This document shows positions 11,613 through 21,515 of a DNA stretch of 64,000 nt, piece by piece; the first letter of the stretch is position 1; each line of letters opens with the position of its first letter. A model generated the notes under the pieces. It saw nothing but the letters and a program-made list of their open reading frames with translations, was not told the DNA's origin and did no database searches. A program made the position numbers and the translations under genes. The stretch is from an uncultured Psychrobacter sp. (GTDB lineage: Bacteria; Pseudomonadota; Gammaproteobacteria; Pseudomonadales; Moraxellaceae): the NCBI RefSeq assembly GCF_947495825.1, contig NZ_CANMAH010000003.1, positions 225,065 through 289,064 of the forward strand. Direction: 5' to 3'.

Positions 11613-11662
11613 TTGACCTTAAACAGGACTTAACTTAGAATATGTTTCAGTGTACTAGAACA
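11613..11662 (+). promoter_or_regulatory. Putative sigma70 promoter of trpB with a TrpR-type operator half-palindrome
   Basis: TTGACC (11613-11618), a 17-nt spacer and TAGAAT (11636-11641) are followed by TGTACTAGAACA (11651-11662). That sequence is palindromic in 10 of 12 positions around a CTAG core and contains the GTACTAG motif of E. coli trp operators. Confidence 0.4.
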
Positions 11663-11795
11663 TTGATACAATAGCTTTATTATAACGCTATAAAAATAAT
11701 TTGCTTGGATAATTTTCAAACGCCAAAGTTTCAAATACTACAGTTTTCAATACCGTAATTTTAAATATCACAAGTTCAGATACTAGGGTTTAACG

Positions 11796-13022
11796 ATGAC
11801 AACAGATAATGCAACAGATAGCTATGGCCTACATCAGTCGATTTTGCCGAGTAGCGAGGGTTTATACGGCGAGTTTGGTGGCAAAATAGGCCATCCTGAA
11901 CTTGCCAAAGCCATGGATGAGATAGAAATAGGATTTCGTGAAATTATCAAAGACGACGACTTTATCACTGAGATGAAACGTCTGCGTGAGACTTATGTCG
12001 GCAGACCTAGTCCGATATTCCATGCCAGACGCTTAAGCGCGCATTGCGGCGGGGCGCAAATTTATTTCAAGCGTGAGGACTTAAATCATACGGGCGCCCA
12101 CAAGATTAATCACTGTTTGGGTGAGGTGTTACTAGCCAAAAAGCTCGGTAAAACCAAAGTCATCGCGGAGACAGGTGCAGGCCAACATGGCGTGGCGTTA
12201 GCAACCGCAGCGGCGTTGATGGGTGTTGAATGTGAGATTCACATGGGTGTGGTCGATATTGAAAAGGAGCATCCCAATGTCAGCCGTATGAAAATATTAG
12301 GCGCCAATATCGTACCCGTATCGCGCGGCGCAGGAACGCTAAAAGAAGCGGTAGACAGCGCTTTTGAGACTTATCTTAATGAGCTGGACACCAGTATGTT
12401 TGCCATTGGTTCAGCTCTTGGGCCAGCACCTTATCCCGAGATTGTCAGCTATTTTCAATCCGTCGTTGGTCGTGAGGCGCGGGCACAGTTCTTAGAGACA
12501 ACTGGCAAATTGCCTAATAAAGTAGTCGCCTGTGTCGGCGGTGGTTCTAATGCTATCGGTATATTCAGTGGCTTTTTGGGAGATGAGAGCGTTGAAAAAG
12601 TAGGGGTAGAGCCCGCAGGCGAAGGTTTAGATACACCCAATCATGCGGCGACGATGACATTAGGTAACAAGGGTGAGATTCATGGCTTTAAATGTTATGT
12701 GCTGCTCGATAAAGATGGTGAGCCTGCGCCTGTCCATTCGATTGCTTCTGGTTTGGATTACCCAGGCGTTGGGCCGCAGCACTCACTATTAAAAGACAAT
12801 AATCTGGCGACTTATGAGTCGGCGACAGACGCTGAGTGTCTAGAAGCCTTTATGTCGCTGTCACGATTAGAAGGTATTATTCCCGCTTTAGAGACTGCTC
12901 ACGCCATTGCCTATGCAATGCGAGTGGCCAAAGATATGTCGCCTGATGACACTATTTTGGTCAATTTATCGGGGCGCGGTGACAAAGATATCGATTTTAT
13001 TTTGAATAAAGTCGATTTGTAA
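11796..13022 (+). CDS. trpB: Tryptophan synthase beta chain (TrpB1-type), with no adjacent trpA
   Basis: [15 protein letters not shown] (PLP lysine), [18 protein letters not shown] and GLDYPGVGP. Confidence 0.9.
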   Translation: MTTDNATDSYGLHQSILPSSEGLYGEFGGKIGHPELAKAMDEIEIGFREIIKDDDFITEMKRLRETYVGRPSPIFHARRLSAHCGGAQIYFKREDLNHTGAHKINHCLGEVLLAKKLGKTKVIAETGAGQHGVALATAAALMGVECEIHMGVVDIEKEHPNVSRMKILGANIVPVSRGAGTLKEAVDSAFETYLNELDTSMFAIGSALGPAPYPEIVSYFQSVVGREARAQFLETTGKLPNKVVACVGGGSNAIGIFSGFLGDESVEKVGVEPAGEGLDTPNHAATMTLGNKGEIHGFKCYVLLDKDGEPAPVHSIASGLDYPGVGPQHSLLKDNNLATYESATDAECLEAFMSLSRLEGIIPALETAHAIAYAMRVAKDMSPDDTILVNLSGRGDKDIDFILNKVDL

Positions 13023-13153
13023 ATAATTAATGACTAACAAATACATAAAACAGCACCTAAAGAGCAATTAAAAAGTTATCATCGTGGCATTCTTAACAAC
13101 ATAACTTTTGACGACTTCGTAACAGCAGTCTAAACGCTTAATAGGATTCACCA

Positions 13154-14056
13154 GTGACTAAACGCGACCTCATTATCTTTTTTACCCTCTCTTTTATGTG
13201 GTCGCTGTCTTTTATATTTTATCGCGTCGGTGTGCCCGAATTTGGCTCGATAGCGTTTGCAAGCTTACGCGTATTGTTCGCAGGCTTAACCATGTTGGTC
13301 TTTGTGTTTGTCAGTTTGGAAAATCGACGCGGCATTCGCGAAAACTGGAAGCTACTGACCGTCGTCGGTTTATTTTCTACCGCTATTCCGTTTGTGCTAT
13401 TTTCATTTTCAGCCCAGTCAGTGAACGCTGGTGTATTGGCAGTGCTAAACGCCTCTGTACCGATGATAAGTGGCTTTATCGCTAGTACATTTTTTAATGA
13501 TAAGCTCTCAAAAAAGCAAATTCTCGGTCTATTTATTGGCCTTGCAGGTGTCATCATTTTAATGAGTGAGAGCTTGTTTGCTGGTGGTGAGTCAGATACA
13601 AGTTTGATTGAAGGCTTATTGCCAATGGGCTACGCTTTACTAGGCTGCGTCGGTTATGCGACAGGAGCCAATATTACCAAAAACTATTTGCAAGGCTTAT
13701 CACCGATTGCTATCACCGCAGGCTCAACCATTATTGCCAGCATGGTCATGCTACCCATCGGCTTGTATGAGTTTCCCTATGGCAAAAGCATCAGTTTACA
13801 AGCGTGGGTATCTGTCATCTGCATTGGGGTGTTTTCGACAGCAATCGCACTGATTTTTATGAATCAGCTTATTAAAAATATCGGCCCAATGCGCGCGACC
13901 AGTATTACCTTAGTCATTCCGATTTTTGCGATATTCTTCGGTTATGTATTGCTTGGCGAAGCGTTAGATTTGGGCGCGATTATTGGCTCGGCAGTTATTT
14001 TAATTGGTACATATCTGTCTTTAAATATCTCTTTTAAAAAGATGATGAAAGCATAA
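13154..14056 (+). CDS. DMT superfamily (EamA-like) transporter
   Basis: The protein has about 10 TM segments in two EamA-like halves. It uses a GTG start. Confidence 0.8.
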   Translation: MTKRDLIIFFTLSFMWSLSFIFYRVGVPEFGSIAFASLRVLFAGLTMLVFVFVSLENRRGIRENWKLLTVVGLFSTAIPFVLFSFSAQSVNAGVLAVLNASVPMISGFIASTFFNDKLSKKQILGLFIGLAGVIILMSESLFAGGESDTSLIEGLLPMGYALLGCVGYATGANITKNYLQGLSPIAITAGSTIIASMVMLPIGLYEFPYGKSISLQAWVSVICIGVFSTAIALIFMNQLIKNIGPMRATSITLVIPIFAIFFGYVLLGEALDLGAIIGSAVILIGTYLSLNISFKKMMKA

Positions 14057-14363
14057 GTGTTGTCTAAACATTAGCGCGTCACATGACTTAAATAGTTCGA
14101 ATTGCCGTAGTTTAAATGTCTAAAATATATCTAAATCAATGTTTCTGTTTGTAAAGCTTGCTTGAATAATAGTACATGCTCCTTATAAAGAGAACGGTCA
14201 TTCAATATAGGTCTTATTTAATAGGTATTTACTTATTAGCTAAGCAAACATACATTTTGTTGACCGAATAACTCATAAAGATTTCATAGTTATAAGTAAA
14301 TTACTTTATAGTTGTGAATACTATTTTTATTCATGTTTTTGATAACAACAAACAGGGCATACC

Positions 14364-15476
14364 ATGGCTTACGATAAATTATTTGAACCAGTAAAAATGG
14401 GTACGCAAACCCTAAAAAACCGTATCATTATGGCGCCATTGACTCGTCTGCGCGCCGTTGAACCAGGTGATGTGCCGACCGCATTGGCAGGTGAATATTA
14501 TTCACAGCGCGCTGAAGGAGCGGGCCTTGTCATCGCAGAGGCGACGCAAGTGTCATTTCAAGCAAAAGGCTATGCAGGTGCGCCTGGTATCCATACCGAA
14601 GATCAAATGACTGCATGGAAAGCCATCGTCGATAATGTTCATGCTAAAGGCGGAAAAATCGTCGTTCAGCTATGGCATACGGGTCTTGTCGCACACGAAA
14701 GTGTCCAGCCTGATCGTCAGGCACCTATCTCAGCATCAGATGTCAAAGTCGATGCCCGCACATCTTTACGTGATAGTGACAATCAAGCGATTCGCGTCGA
14801 TACCACACCGCCTCGTCCAGCCACTCTCGATGAGATTGAGCAAGTGATCAAAGACTTTGCTCATGCAACCAAAGTCGCTCGTGAGGCAGGCTTTGATGGC
14901 GTAGAAGTCCACGGCGCACATGGTTATCTGTTACATCAGTTTTGGGTTGAGCAAACCAATAAGCGCGATGATGAGTATGGTGGTAGCCGCGAGAACCGCG
15001 CACGCTTGACGCTTGATGTCGTCGATGCTTGTGTTGATGCATGGGATAACGATCACGTCGGTATTCGCATCTCGCCACAAGGCACGTTCAACGCGGTAGA
15101 AGCAGGCTATGATGAAGATGATAATATCTGGCTCATCGAGCAAATCAATAAACGCGGTTTGATGTATCTCCATCTCTCTGAACCTGATTGGGCAGGTGGC
15201 ACGCCGTATAGCGATAGTTTCCGCCAGCGTATTCGTGATGCCTTTGATAATACGATCATCGCAGCGGGTGGCTATACTGCCGAAAAAGCAGAAAGAAATG
15301 TCCGTGAAGGCTATATCGACGCAGTTGCTTTTGGTCGTGATTTTATTGCCAACCCTGATCTGCCTGAGCGTATTCGTCAAGATGCGCCGCTCAATGAGCA
15401 GCATCCACAAACCTTTTATGGTGGCGGTAGCGAAGGCTATACCGATTATCCGTATTTGAACCAAAAACAAGCTTAA
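14364..15476 (+). CDS. nemA: Old Yellow Enzyme family NADH:flavin oxidoreductase (N-ethylmaleimide reductase-like)
   Basis: NRIIMAPLTRLRAVEPGDVPT, AKGYAGAPGIH, VQLWHTG and GVEVHGAHGYLLHQF closely parallel E. coli NemA. Confidence 0.85.
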   Translation: MAYDKLFEPVKMGTQTLKNRIIMAPLTRLRAVEPGDVPTALAGEYYSQRAEGAGLVIAEATQVSFQAKGYAGAPGIHTEDQMTAWKAIVDNVHAKGGKIVVQLWHTGLVAHESVQPDRQAPISASDVKVDARTSLRDSDNQAIRVDTTPPRPATLDEIEQVIKDFAHATKVAREAGFDGVEVHGAHGYLLHQFWVEQTNKRDDEYGGSRENRARLTLDVVDACVDAWDNDHVGIRISPQGTFNAVEAGYDEDDNIWLIEQINKRGLMYLHLSEPDWAGGTPYSDSFRQRIRDAFDNTIIAAGGYTAEKAERNVREGYIDAVAFGRDFIANPDLPERIRQDAPLNEQHPQTFYGGGSEGYTDYPYLNQKQA

Positions 15477-15507
15477 GTGTACGCTTAGTTTTAAATATCA
15501 ATATAAT

Positions 15508-15547
15508 AAAAAGCCGCCTTACTGTCATAGTAAGGCGGCTTTTTTTG
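15508..15547. terminator. Bidirectional rho-independent terminator
   Basis: A perfect 13-bp stem aagccgccttact/agtaaggcggctt with a 5-nt loop is flanked by an A-tract and a T-tract between convergent genes. Confidence 0.8.
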
Positions 15548-15562
15548 AGCTTGTATTATCGG

Positions 15563-16825
15563 CTAAACGACTTCACCGCAGACAAAGCCACTTGCCCAAG
15601 CCCATTGGAAGTTATAGCCACCAAGCCAGCCCGTGACATCAAGCACTTCACCGATAAAGTATAGCCCATCTTGAAAGCTGCTTTGCATGGTTTTCGACGA
15701 CACTTCATCGGTTTTTATACCGCCGCGCGTCACCTCAGCCGTACGATAGCCTTCAGTGCCAGAGGGTTTGAGTTGCCAACCATTTAAGGTTTCACCAAGC
15801 TCGCCTAGGCGCTCGTCTTTAATATTGGCAAGCTCTTTGTCTTTTATATCATCCCACAGCGTTGTTTGTAGGGCCGTCAGTAGTTTTTTAGGCAATGCAT
15901 TGTCTGTATAGTCTGCTAGTACAGTACGGATAAGCTGCTTAGGGTGCGATTTTTTGTGAGCGAGTAGGAGGGCTGCGACATCGATATCAGGCAGTAAGTT
16001 GATATTGATATATTCGCCCGTCTGCCAATAGTTGGACAGCTGGAGCATGGCAGGGCCCGATAAACCGCGATGAGTAAAGAGAAGCGGCAGCTTAAATGAG
16101 ATGCGCTCATTACTGGCAATCACTGGCAAACTAATACCAGCTAAGGAGCGGATAAGCTCGCCCGTCTTATCTGTAAAGGTAAAGGGAACGAGGCTTGCAT
16201 CAGTCGGCATAAGCTGATGGCCAAACTGCTGTGCCAGCTCGTAGCCAAGACCGCTTGCACCCATCGTTGGAATAGACAGGCCGCCAGTCGCCACGACTAA
16301 CGACTCACAGCTGTATTTTTGTTGCGAGGGTTTAACGCTATTAGCGATATCTTTTTTACTCAGTTTTTTAGAGGTCGATAGATCGAACCTTTTACATTCA
16401 GACTCATTGACACTGACCTTATCAATCTGGGTATTAGTGCGTATCTGTACACCTACCGCGGCGCATTCATCAAGTAGCATAGTGACGATATCTTGCGCGG
16501 AGTCATCACAAAACAACTGACCGTGCTCACGCTCGTGGTAAGCAATTTTATGTTTCTCAACCATGCCAATGAACTCCCAGCTGGGATAACGACTGAGTGC
16601 TGACTTACAAAAATGCGGGTTGGCACTGATAAAGTGTTCAGGCTCGACGAAGTAATTGGTAAAGTTACAGCGTCCACCGCCCGACATCAGGATTTTTTTG
16701 CCGACTTTATTGGCATGATCGAGCACCAACACGCGGCGGCCTCGACGACCAGCGGTAAGCGCGCAGTATAGCCCCGAAGCGCCTGCGCCAATGATGATGA
16801 CATCGTAATGAGTGTTATTGTTCAT
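15563..16825 (-). CDS. HI0933/BaiN-family NAD(P)/FAD-dependent flavoprotein
   Basis: YDVIIIGAGASGLYCA, the family motif SGGGRCNFTN and the C-terminal GGYNFQWAWASG. I placed the start at Met 16825 (MNNNTHYDV), not the ORF-track Met at 16861. Confidence 0.85.
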   Translation of the reverse strand: MNNNTHYDVIIIGAGASGLYCALTAGRRGRRVLVLDHANKVGKKILMSGGGRCNFTNYFVEPEHFISANPHFCKSALSRYPSWEFIGMVEKHKIAYHEREHGQLFCDDSAQDIVTMLLDECAAVGVQIRTNTQIDKVSVNESECKRFDLSTSKKLSKKDIANSVKPSQQKYSCESLVVATGGLSIPTMGASGLGYELAQQFGHQLMPTDASLVPFTFTDKTGELIRSLAGISLPVIASNERISFKLPLLFTHRGLSGPAMLQLSNYWQTGEYININLLPDIDVAALLLAHKKSHPKQLIRTVLADYTDNALPKKLLTALQTTLWDDIKDKELANIKDERLGELGETLNGWQLKPSGTEGYRTAEVTRGGIKTDEVSSKTMQSSFQDGLYFIGEVLDVTGWLGGYNFQWAWASGFVCGEVV

Positions 16826-16924
16826 GACGGTTTTGGTCCATAAAGCGCTGCTTTTAAACAAACGTAAAAATAAGGTAGAAGCAATGATATAGTTAGATCA
16901 AAATGAAGAAAATATATCGGAATG

Positions 16925-16984
16925 GGGACAAATTTTTTTTGCTTGCTGTGCCTACGCCGACAGAGGCTACAAAAAATTTGTCCC
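16925..16984. repeat. Long palindromic element
   Basis: Perfect 14-bp arms GGGACAAATTTTTT (16925-16938) and AAAAAATTTGTCCC (16971-16984) are separated by 32 nt. Confidence 0.8.
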
Positions 16985-17433
16985 AATCCCGCGACATAAT
17001 ATCGTGTACCCATTTTATTTAGTATCGACTATATGAATATGTTGATATGAATATCATGCAAAAAGTGTATTTAGTATGGCTATTGTCCATATTTAACCTA
17101 GGGTTACAAGGATTAAATACGGCTCAATTTTCTACTATCTATGATTAATGGAGTGTATAAATACATAAGTAAACAGCTGTACATTGGAATTGTTGTAATT
17201 GGTGGTTGGTGTCTTGCATCACCTCCCCTTATTTGTCAAACTAGAGTCAGGGCGTCACTCATTATGGAAGATGATAGCCTGTTGTCTGCAATTACCGTCG
17301 TTACTGATTAGCTGCCGATTATCATTGTCTGATAGTAGTGTCATTGCTTCAGTTCCAGTCAGTATATTGGGTAGTTTTTTCTTTTATTCTTAATATTTTA
17401 TGCAGGCAATAATAATTAAAAAAGGAATATATC

Positions 17434-19404
17434 ATGACTCAGAAATCTTTTCCTATTACGGCTGAATTTATCGCCGCTGCCAATACCACCGCCGAGCAGT
17501 ACGCTCACGACTATAAGCAGTCTGTTGAATCACCTGAGGCCACAGATGCCTTTTGGGCTAAGCGTGCTGAGCTGATTGATTGGATAAAAAAGCCAACTAT
17601 CATTAGCAACGTCAGTTATGATTTGGAAGATTTTCGTATTAAATGGTATGAGGATGGCGAGCTAAATATTTCAGTAAATTGCCTCGATCGACACCTTAAA
17701 AACAACCCCTATAAGCCTGCTATTATTTGGGAAGGGGATCATCCTTCTTTACATAAGATTATCTCCTTTAAAGAGCTGCACGCTGATGTTTGCCGCTTGG
17801 GTAATGCTATGCGCAAGCTTGGGGTCGAAAAAGGCGATCGCGTGACTCTATATATGCCAATGATACCTGAAGCGATGATAGCGATGCTGGCATGCACGCG
17901 TATCGGTGCAGTGCATTCGGTCGTATTTGGTGGCTTTTCTGCTGAGAGCTTGGGTAATCGTATTATTGATAGTCAATCCAAAATTGTGATTACGGCCGAT
18001 GAAGGTCTGCGCGGTAATAAACATACGCCGCTTAAGGTCAATGTTGATCGTGCGTTAGATATGGATGGTACTGACAGTGTCGAAAAAGTCGTTGTCGTGC
18101 ATCGGACGGGTAATTCGATTCCGATGAGTGGACGCCGTGATGTTTGGTATCATTCTTTAATCGCTGGCGAGCAAGAGTGGTGTGAGCCTGAAGTCATGAA
18201 TAGCGAGGACCCGTTATTTTTGTTATACACTTCTGGTTCGACTGGCAAGCCAAAAGGCGTGCTGCACACGACGGGTGGTTATATCACCTATGCGCTGTCG
18301 ACTTTTCGCGATGTCTTCGATATCAAAGACGATGATGTCTACTGGTGTACAGCAGATATCGGCTGGGTAACTGGTCATACGTATTCCACTTATGGGCCGC
18401 TTGCTAATGGGACGACGACAGTAATGTTTGAGGGCGTGCCAGAATATCCAACATGGGCGCGGATTGGTCACATTATTGACAAGCACAAAATCAGTGTCTT
18501 ATATACAGCGCCAACGGCGATTCGCTCAATGATGAAAGAGGGCGATACCTTCGTCCGTGAGTCTGATCGCTCAAGTCTGCGCCTGCTCGGTACTGTTGGG
18601 GAGCCTATCAACCCTGAAGCATGGGATTGGTATTATGATGTCGTTGGTGGAGGTCGCTGCCCGATCGTAGATACATGGTGGCAGACTGAAACGGGTGGTA
18701 TTTTGCTTGCTCCAATACCGGGTACAGTCGCGCTCAAACCGGGGGCTGCGATGAACCCTTTATATGGCATCATACCGCAAGTGATTGATACCGATGGTAC
18801 GGCACTTGAAGGTCCTGCTGAAGGCAATCTTGCTATCAGTAATAGCTGGCCGGGACAGATGCGTACTATTTACCATGACCATGAGCGTTTTTTGGAGACC
18901 TACTTTACTGAATATCCAGGCTACTACTTTACTGGTGATGGGGTACAGCGCGATGAAGATGGGCATTACTGGATTACCGGCCGGGTCGATGATGTCCTCA
19001 ATGTCTCAGGCCATCGTCTGGGTACCGCAGAGGTCGAAAGTGCAGTAGATGCCCATCCTTCTACCGTTGAAGCTGCTGTCGTCGGTATGCCGCATGACAT
19101 TCGCGGCGTGGGCATTGCCGCATTTATAATTCTTAGTATGGGTGAGGTTGCAAGCGATCAGCTAAAAGCCGAGCTAAATCGCCATGTGCGCAACGAGATT
19201 GGTCCGATTGCCAATTTAGATGCCATTTATATCGTTGAAGCATTGCCCAAAACTCGCTCTGGCAAGATTATGCGGCGCATCTTACGTAACCTTGCGGCGG
19301 GACAATATGTCGGACTGGGTGACCTATCCACCCTTGCTGATAGTTCAGTTATCAACAAGATAATCGACGTGGTTAAAGAAGAGCGCGAAGCAAAACGCTA
19401 TTAG
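17434..19404 (+). CDS. acs: Acetyl-CoA synthetase
   Basis: [37 protein letters not shown] and the C-terminal [14 protein letters not shown]. Confidence 0.95.
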   Translation: MTQKSFPITAEFIAAANTTAEQYAHDYKQSVESPEATDAFWAKRAELIDWIKKPTIISNVSYDLEDFRIKWYEDGELNISVNCLDRHLKNNPYKPAIIWEGDHPSLHKIISFKELHADVCRLGNAMRKLGVEKGDRVTLYMPMIPEAMIAMLACTRIGAVHSVVFGGFSAESLGNRIIDSQSKIVITADEGLRGNKHTPLKVNVDRALDMDGTDSVEKVVVVHRTGNSIPMSGRRDVWYHSLIAGEQEWCEPEVMNSEDPLFLLYTSGSTGKPKGVLHTTGGYITYALSTFRDVFDIKDDDVYWCTADIGWVTGHTYSTYGPLANGTTTVMFEGVPEYPTWARIGHIIDKHKISVLYTAPTAIRSMMKEGDTFVRESDRSSLRLLGTVGEPINPEAWDWYYDVVGGGRCPIVDTWWQTETGGILLAPIPGTVALKPGAAMNPLYGIIPQVIDTDGTALEGPAEGNLAISNSWPGQMRTIYHDHERFLETYFTEYPGYYFTGDGVQRDEDGHYWITGRVDDVLNVSGHRLGTAEVESAVDAHPSTVEAAVVGMPHDIRGVGIAAFIILSMGEVASDQLKAELNRHVRNEIGPIANLDAIYIVEALPKTRSGKIMRRILRNLAAGQYVGLGDLSTLADSSVINKIIDVVKEEREAKRY

Positions 19405-19484
19405 TAAGCAACAGCTGGCATTATTTATAGATATGGTTCATATTGTTCACGAGCCATGTTACTAGACAATCGTCAAATATCACA

Positions 19485-19518
19485 AAAGTCATGCTGTATT
19501 CAATAGCATGACTTTTTA
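19485..19518 (+). terminator. acs rho-independent terminator
   Basis: The stem aaagtcatgct/agcatgacttt with a 9-nt loop is followed by a T-run. Confidence 0.7.
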
Positions 19519-19604
19519 ATATATACGGCATTACAAAATTAAAAAAACTCATTTTTTAATAAGGTTTTTAATCGTAGCTCTCTCTTACAAGGCTTACTGT
19601 CCCT

Positions 19605-20861
19605 ATGACTGACCATTCTGCACCGACTACTGGCAACAATGTGAAGCAAACTAATAATGATAATCAGAACACACTGAATACTGGCCTGAACACTGCACCA
19701 AAAATAGCCATTATCGGAGGTGGGTTAACGGGTCTATTTACAGCGTCACTGTTAGAGCGCGCCTTTGTTAAGCAAAAAACTAAACCATCTGCGAATGATT
19801 TAGCACCGCAAATTACTATCTTTGAAAAATCACGTAGCGTTGGTCGCCTAGCCACGCGCTATCGCACCGATAGCAATACTAATAAAAACTGGCAATGGGC
19901 ATTTGGTGCCCAGTTTTTTACGGCAAAAACCTCTAGCTTTCAGCAATTTATCGCGCCTTGGCTAGACTCAAGATTACTGCAACCGTGGTGCGCTCAAGTA
20001 GTTAATTTGACGCCAGCTAATGCCAATTCTCAAGATGCTTATTCACCTGACATTCAGAAAAAAGAGCAGTGGGATACCAATCATGCACGTTATATTAGTA
20101 CCCCTAAAATGACCAGTTGGGGGCGCGCATTGGCTGATGATCTGCAGCATACAACTATTAACTTTAAAACCCGTGTCGCACCAATCAACAAAGCGCAAAT
20201 AGATAACGCAAAAGCTCATAAAAATATAAAGACTGAACTGTTTGATGAAAAGGGCCATAGTCTTGGCAGGTTTGATTGGGTTATTTGTACAGTGCCCAAC
20301 GGTCAGGCAGTAGAGCTGATGGCAGATAGCGGCTTTATGGAGCAAGCCAAAATTACCGAACCAAAAATGCAAGCTTGCTATACGCTCATGCTAGGCTGGG
20401 ATAATGTTGGTATGCTTCCTGAAACTCTGAGCAATCAGACAGCGCCAGTATGGGATGTGGCTTATGTAAATGACTCAATACTCGATAGAGTGTTTATTGA
20501 ACATCAAAAGCCTGCTCATAATAAGCTACTTCCAAGTGTCACTATTCATGCGCGCAACGACTGGTCAGAAAAGCATGTCGATGATGATATGGAGACGGTT
20601 AAAGCGCAATTATTAGCAGCAGCCCAGCAAGCGTTGCATTGGAGCGCGGATACAGCACCCAGCCAGATAGATTGTCATCGCTGGCGCTATGCTGCGACAG
20701 TGATTGAGGCAAAAAATAAAGACAACAATGAAACGTTAGGAATATTGTTTGATCAAGAGCATCAATGGATTGTCAGTGGTGACTGGTGCGGACAAGGCAA
20801 TATTGAAAGCTGTTATCACGTGGCAAAAAACACCGTACAAAGCATCAGTAAAATAAAGTAG
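19605..20861 (+). CDS. NAD(P)/FAD-dependent oxidoreductase (renalase/COG3380-like)
   Basis: The dinucleotide-binding motif KIAIIGGGLTGL follows a low-complexity N-terminus. The C-terminal SGDWCGQGNIESCY is typical of this family. Confidence 0.65.
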   Translation: MTDHSAPTTGNNVKQTNNDNQNTLNTGLNTAPKIAIIGGGLTGLFTASLLERAFVKQKTKPSANDLAPQITIFEKSRSVGRLATRYRTDSNTNKNWQWAFGAQFFTAKTSSFQQFIAPWLDSRLLQPWCAQVVNLTPANANSQDAYSPDIQKKEQWDTNHARYISTPKMTSWGRALADDLQHTTINFKTRVAPINKAQIDNAKAHKNIKTELFDEKGHSLGRFDWVICTVPNGQAVELMADSGFMEQAKITEPKMQACYTLMLGWDNVGMLPETLSNQTAPVWDVAYVNDSILDRVFIEHQKPAHNKLLPSVTIHARNDWSEKHVDDDMETVKAQLLAAAQQALHWSADTAPSQIDCHRWRYAATVIEAKNKDNNETLGILFDQEHQWIVSGDWCGQGNIESCYHVAKNTVQSISKIK

Positions 20862-20917
20862 ACAAGATAAGCCAAATTCATTCATTTGCAACTTAAAGAT
20901 AGAGAGCACCGTAAACC

Positions 20918-21346
20918 ATGTTTGGATTTGATATAGATATAGACTTAATGCAGTACCACTTTTTTCAATTAAGCATTGCCTTTGTATTGTCACTGCCGAT
21001 TGCGCTGAATCGTGAGATGAAAGACAACGGCGCAGGACTTAGAACTTTCCCGCTTGTAACGATTGCTTCATGTGCATTTATGCTAGTCGGTATGGATATC
21101 TATGAATCTGCTGGTGAAGCGCGGATTATGTACGCCATTATTACTGGTATGGGCTTTATCGGTGGTGGTGCCATTTTTAAAAATGAGGAAGGCTCAAAAG
21201 GCACCGCTACAGCAGCCAGCTTATGGAATACTGGTGCTATCGGTATTTCAGTTGCCTATGGTCGTTACGAGATAGCGATTATCTTGTCTTTGGTTGGGTT
21301 TTTAATACTGCAATTTTCGGAACCATTTAAAGTCAAAAATAAGTGA
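20918..21346 (+). CDS. MgtC/SapB family membrane protein
   Basis: NREMKDNGAGLRTFPLV, GMGFIGGGAIF and TAASLWNTGAIG. Confidence 0.8.
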   Translation: MFGFDIDIDLMQYHFFQLSIAFVLSLPIALNREMKDNGAGLRTFPLVTIASCAFMLVGMDIYESAGEARIMYAIITGMGFIGGGAIFKNEEGSKGTATAASLWNTGAIGISVAYGRYEIAIILSLVGFLILQFSEPFKVKNK

Positions 21347-21515
21347 TAGTAGTCAAACAATCATGCGTTTTGTTTGTCATTGACTCATATAAAAATTATA
21401 AATTTAGATGATTGTTTCTTATTGGTAAATAGAAGGATTTTACTAAATGACGCTAATTGACTCCTCTGTTTTTTTGGCCTATGGTTGGTAATGCAGTCTC
21501 TAAAAAATAAATAAC

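Noticed and set aside
14931-15470. A 179-aa minus-strand ORF
   Set aside because: It lies entirely inside the well-supported OYE/NemA-like gene on the opposite strand.
17199-17393. A 64-aa ORF in the acs upstream region
   Set aside because: It has a non-ATG start, no RBS and no recognisable motif, and it sits in the probable promoter/leader region.
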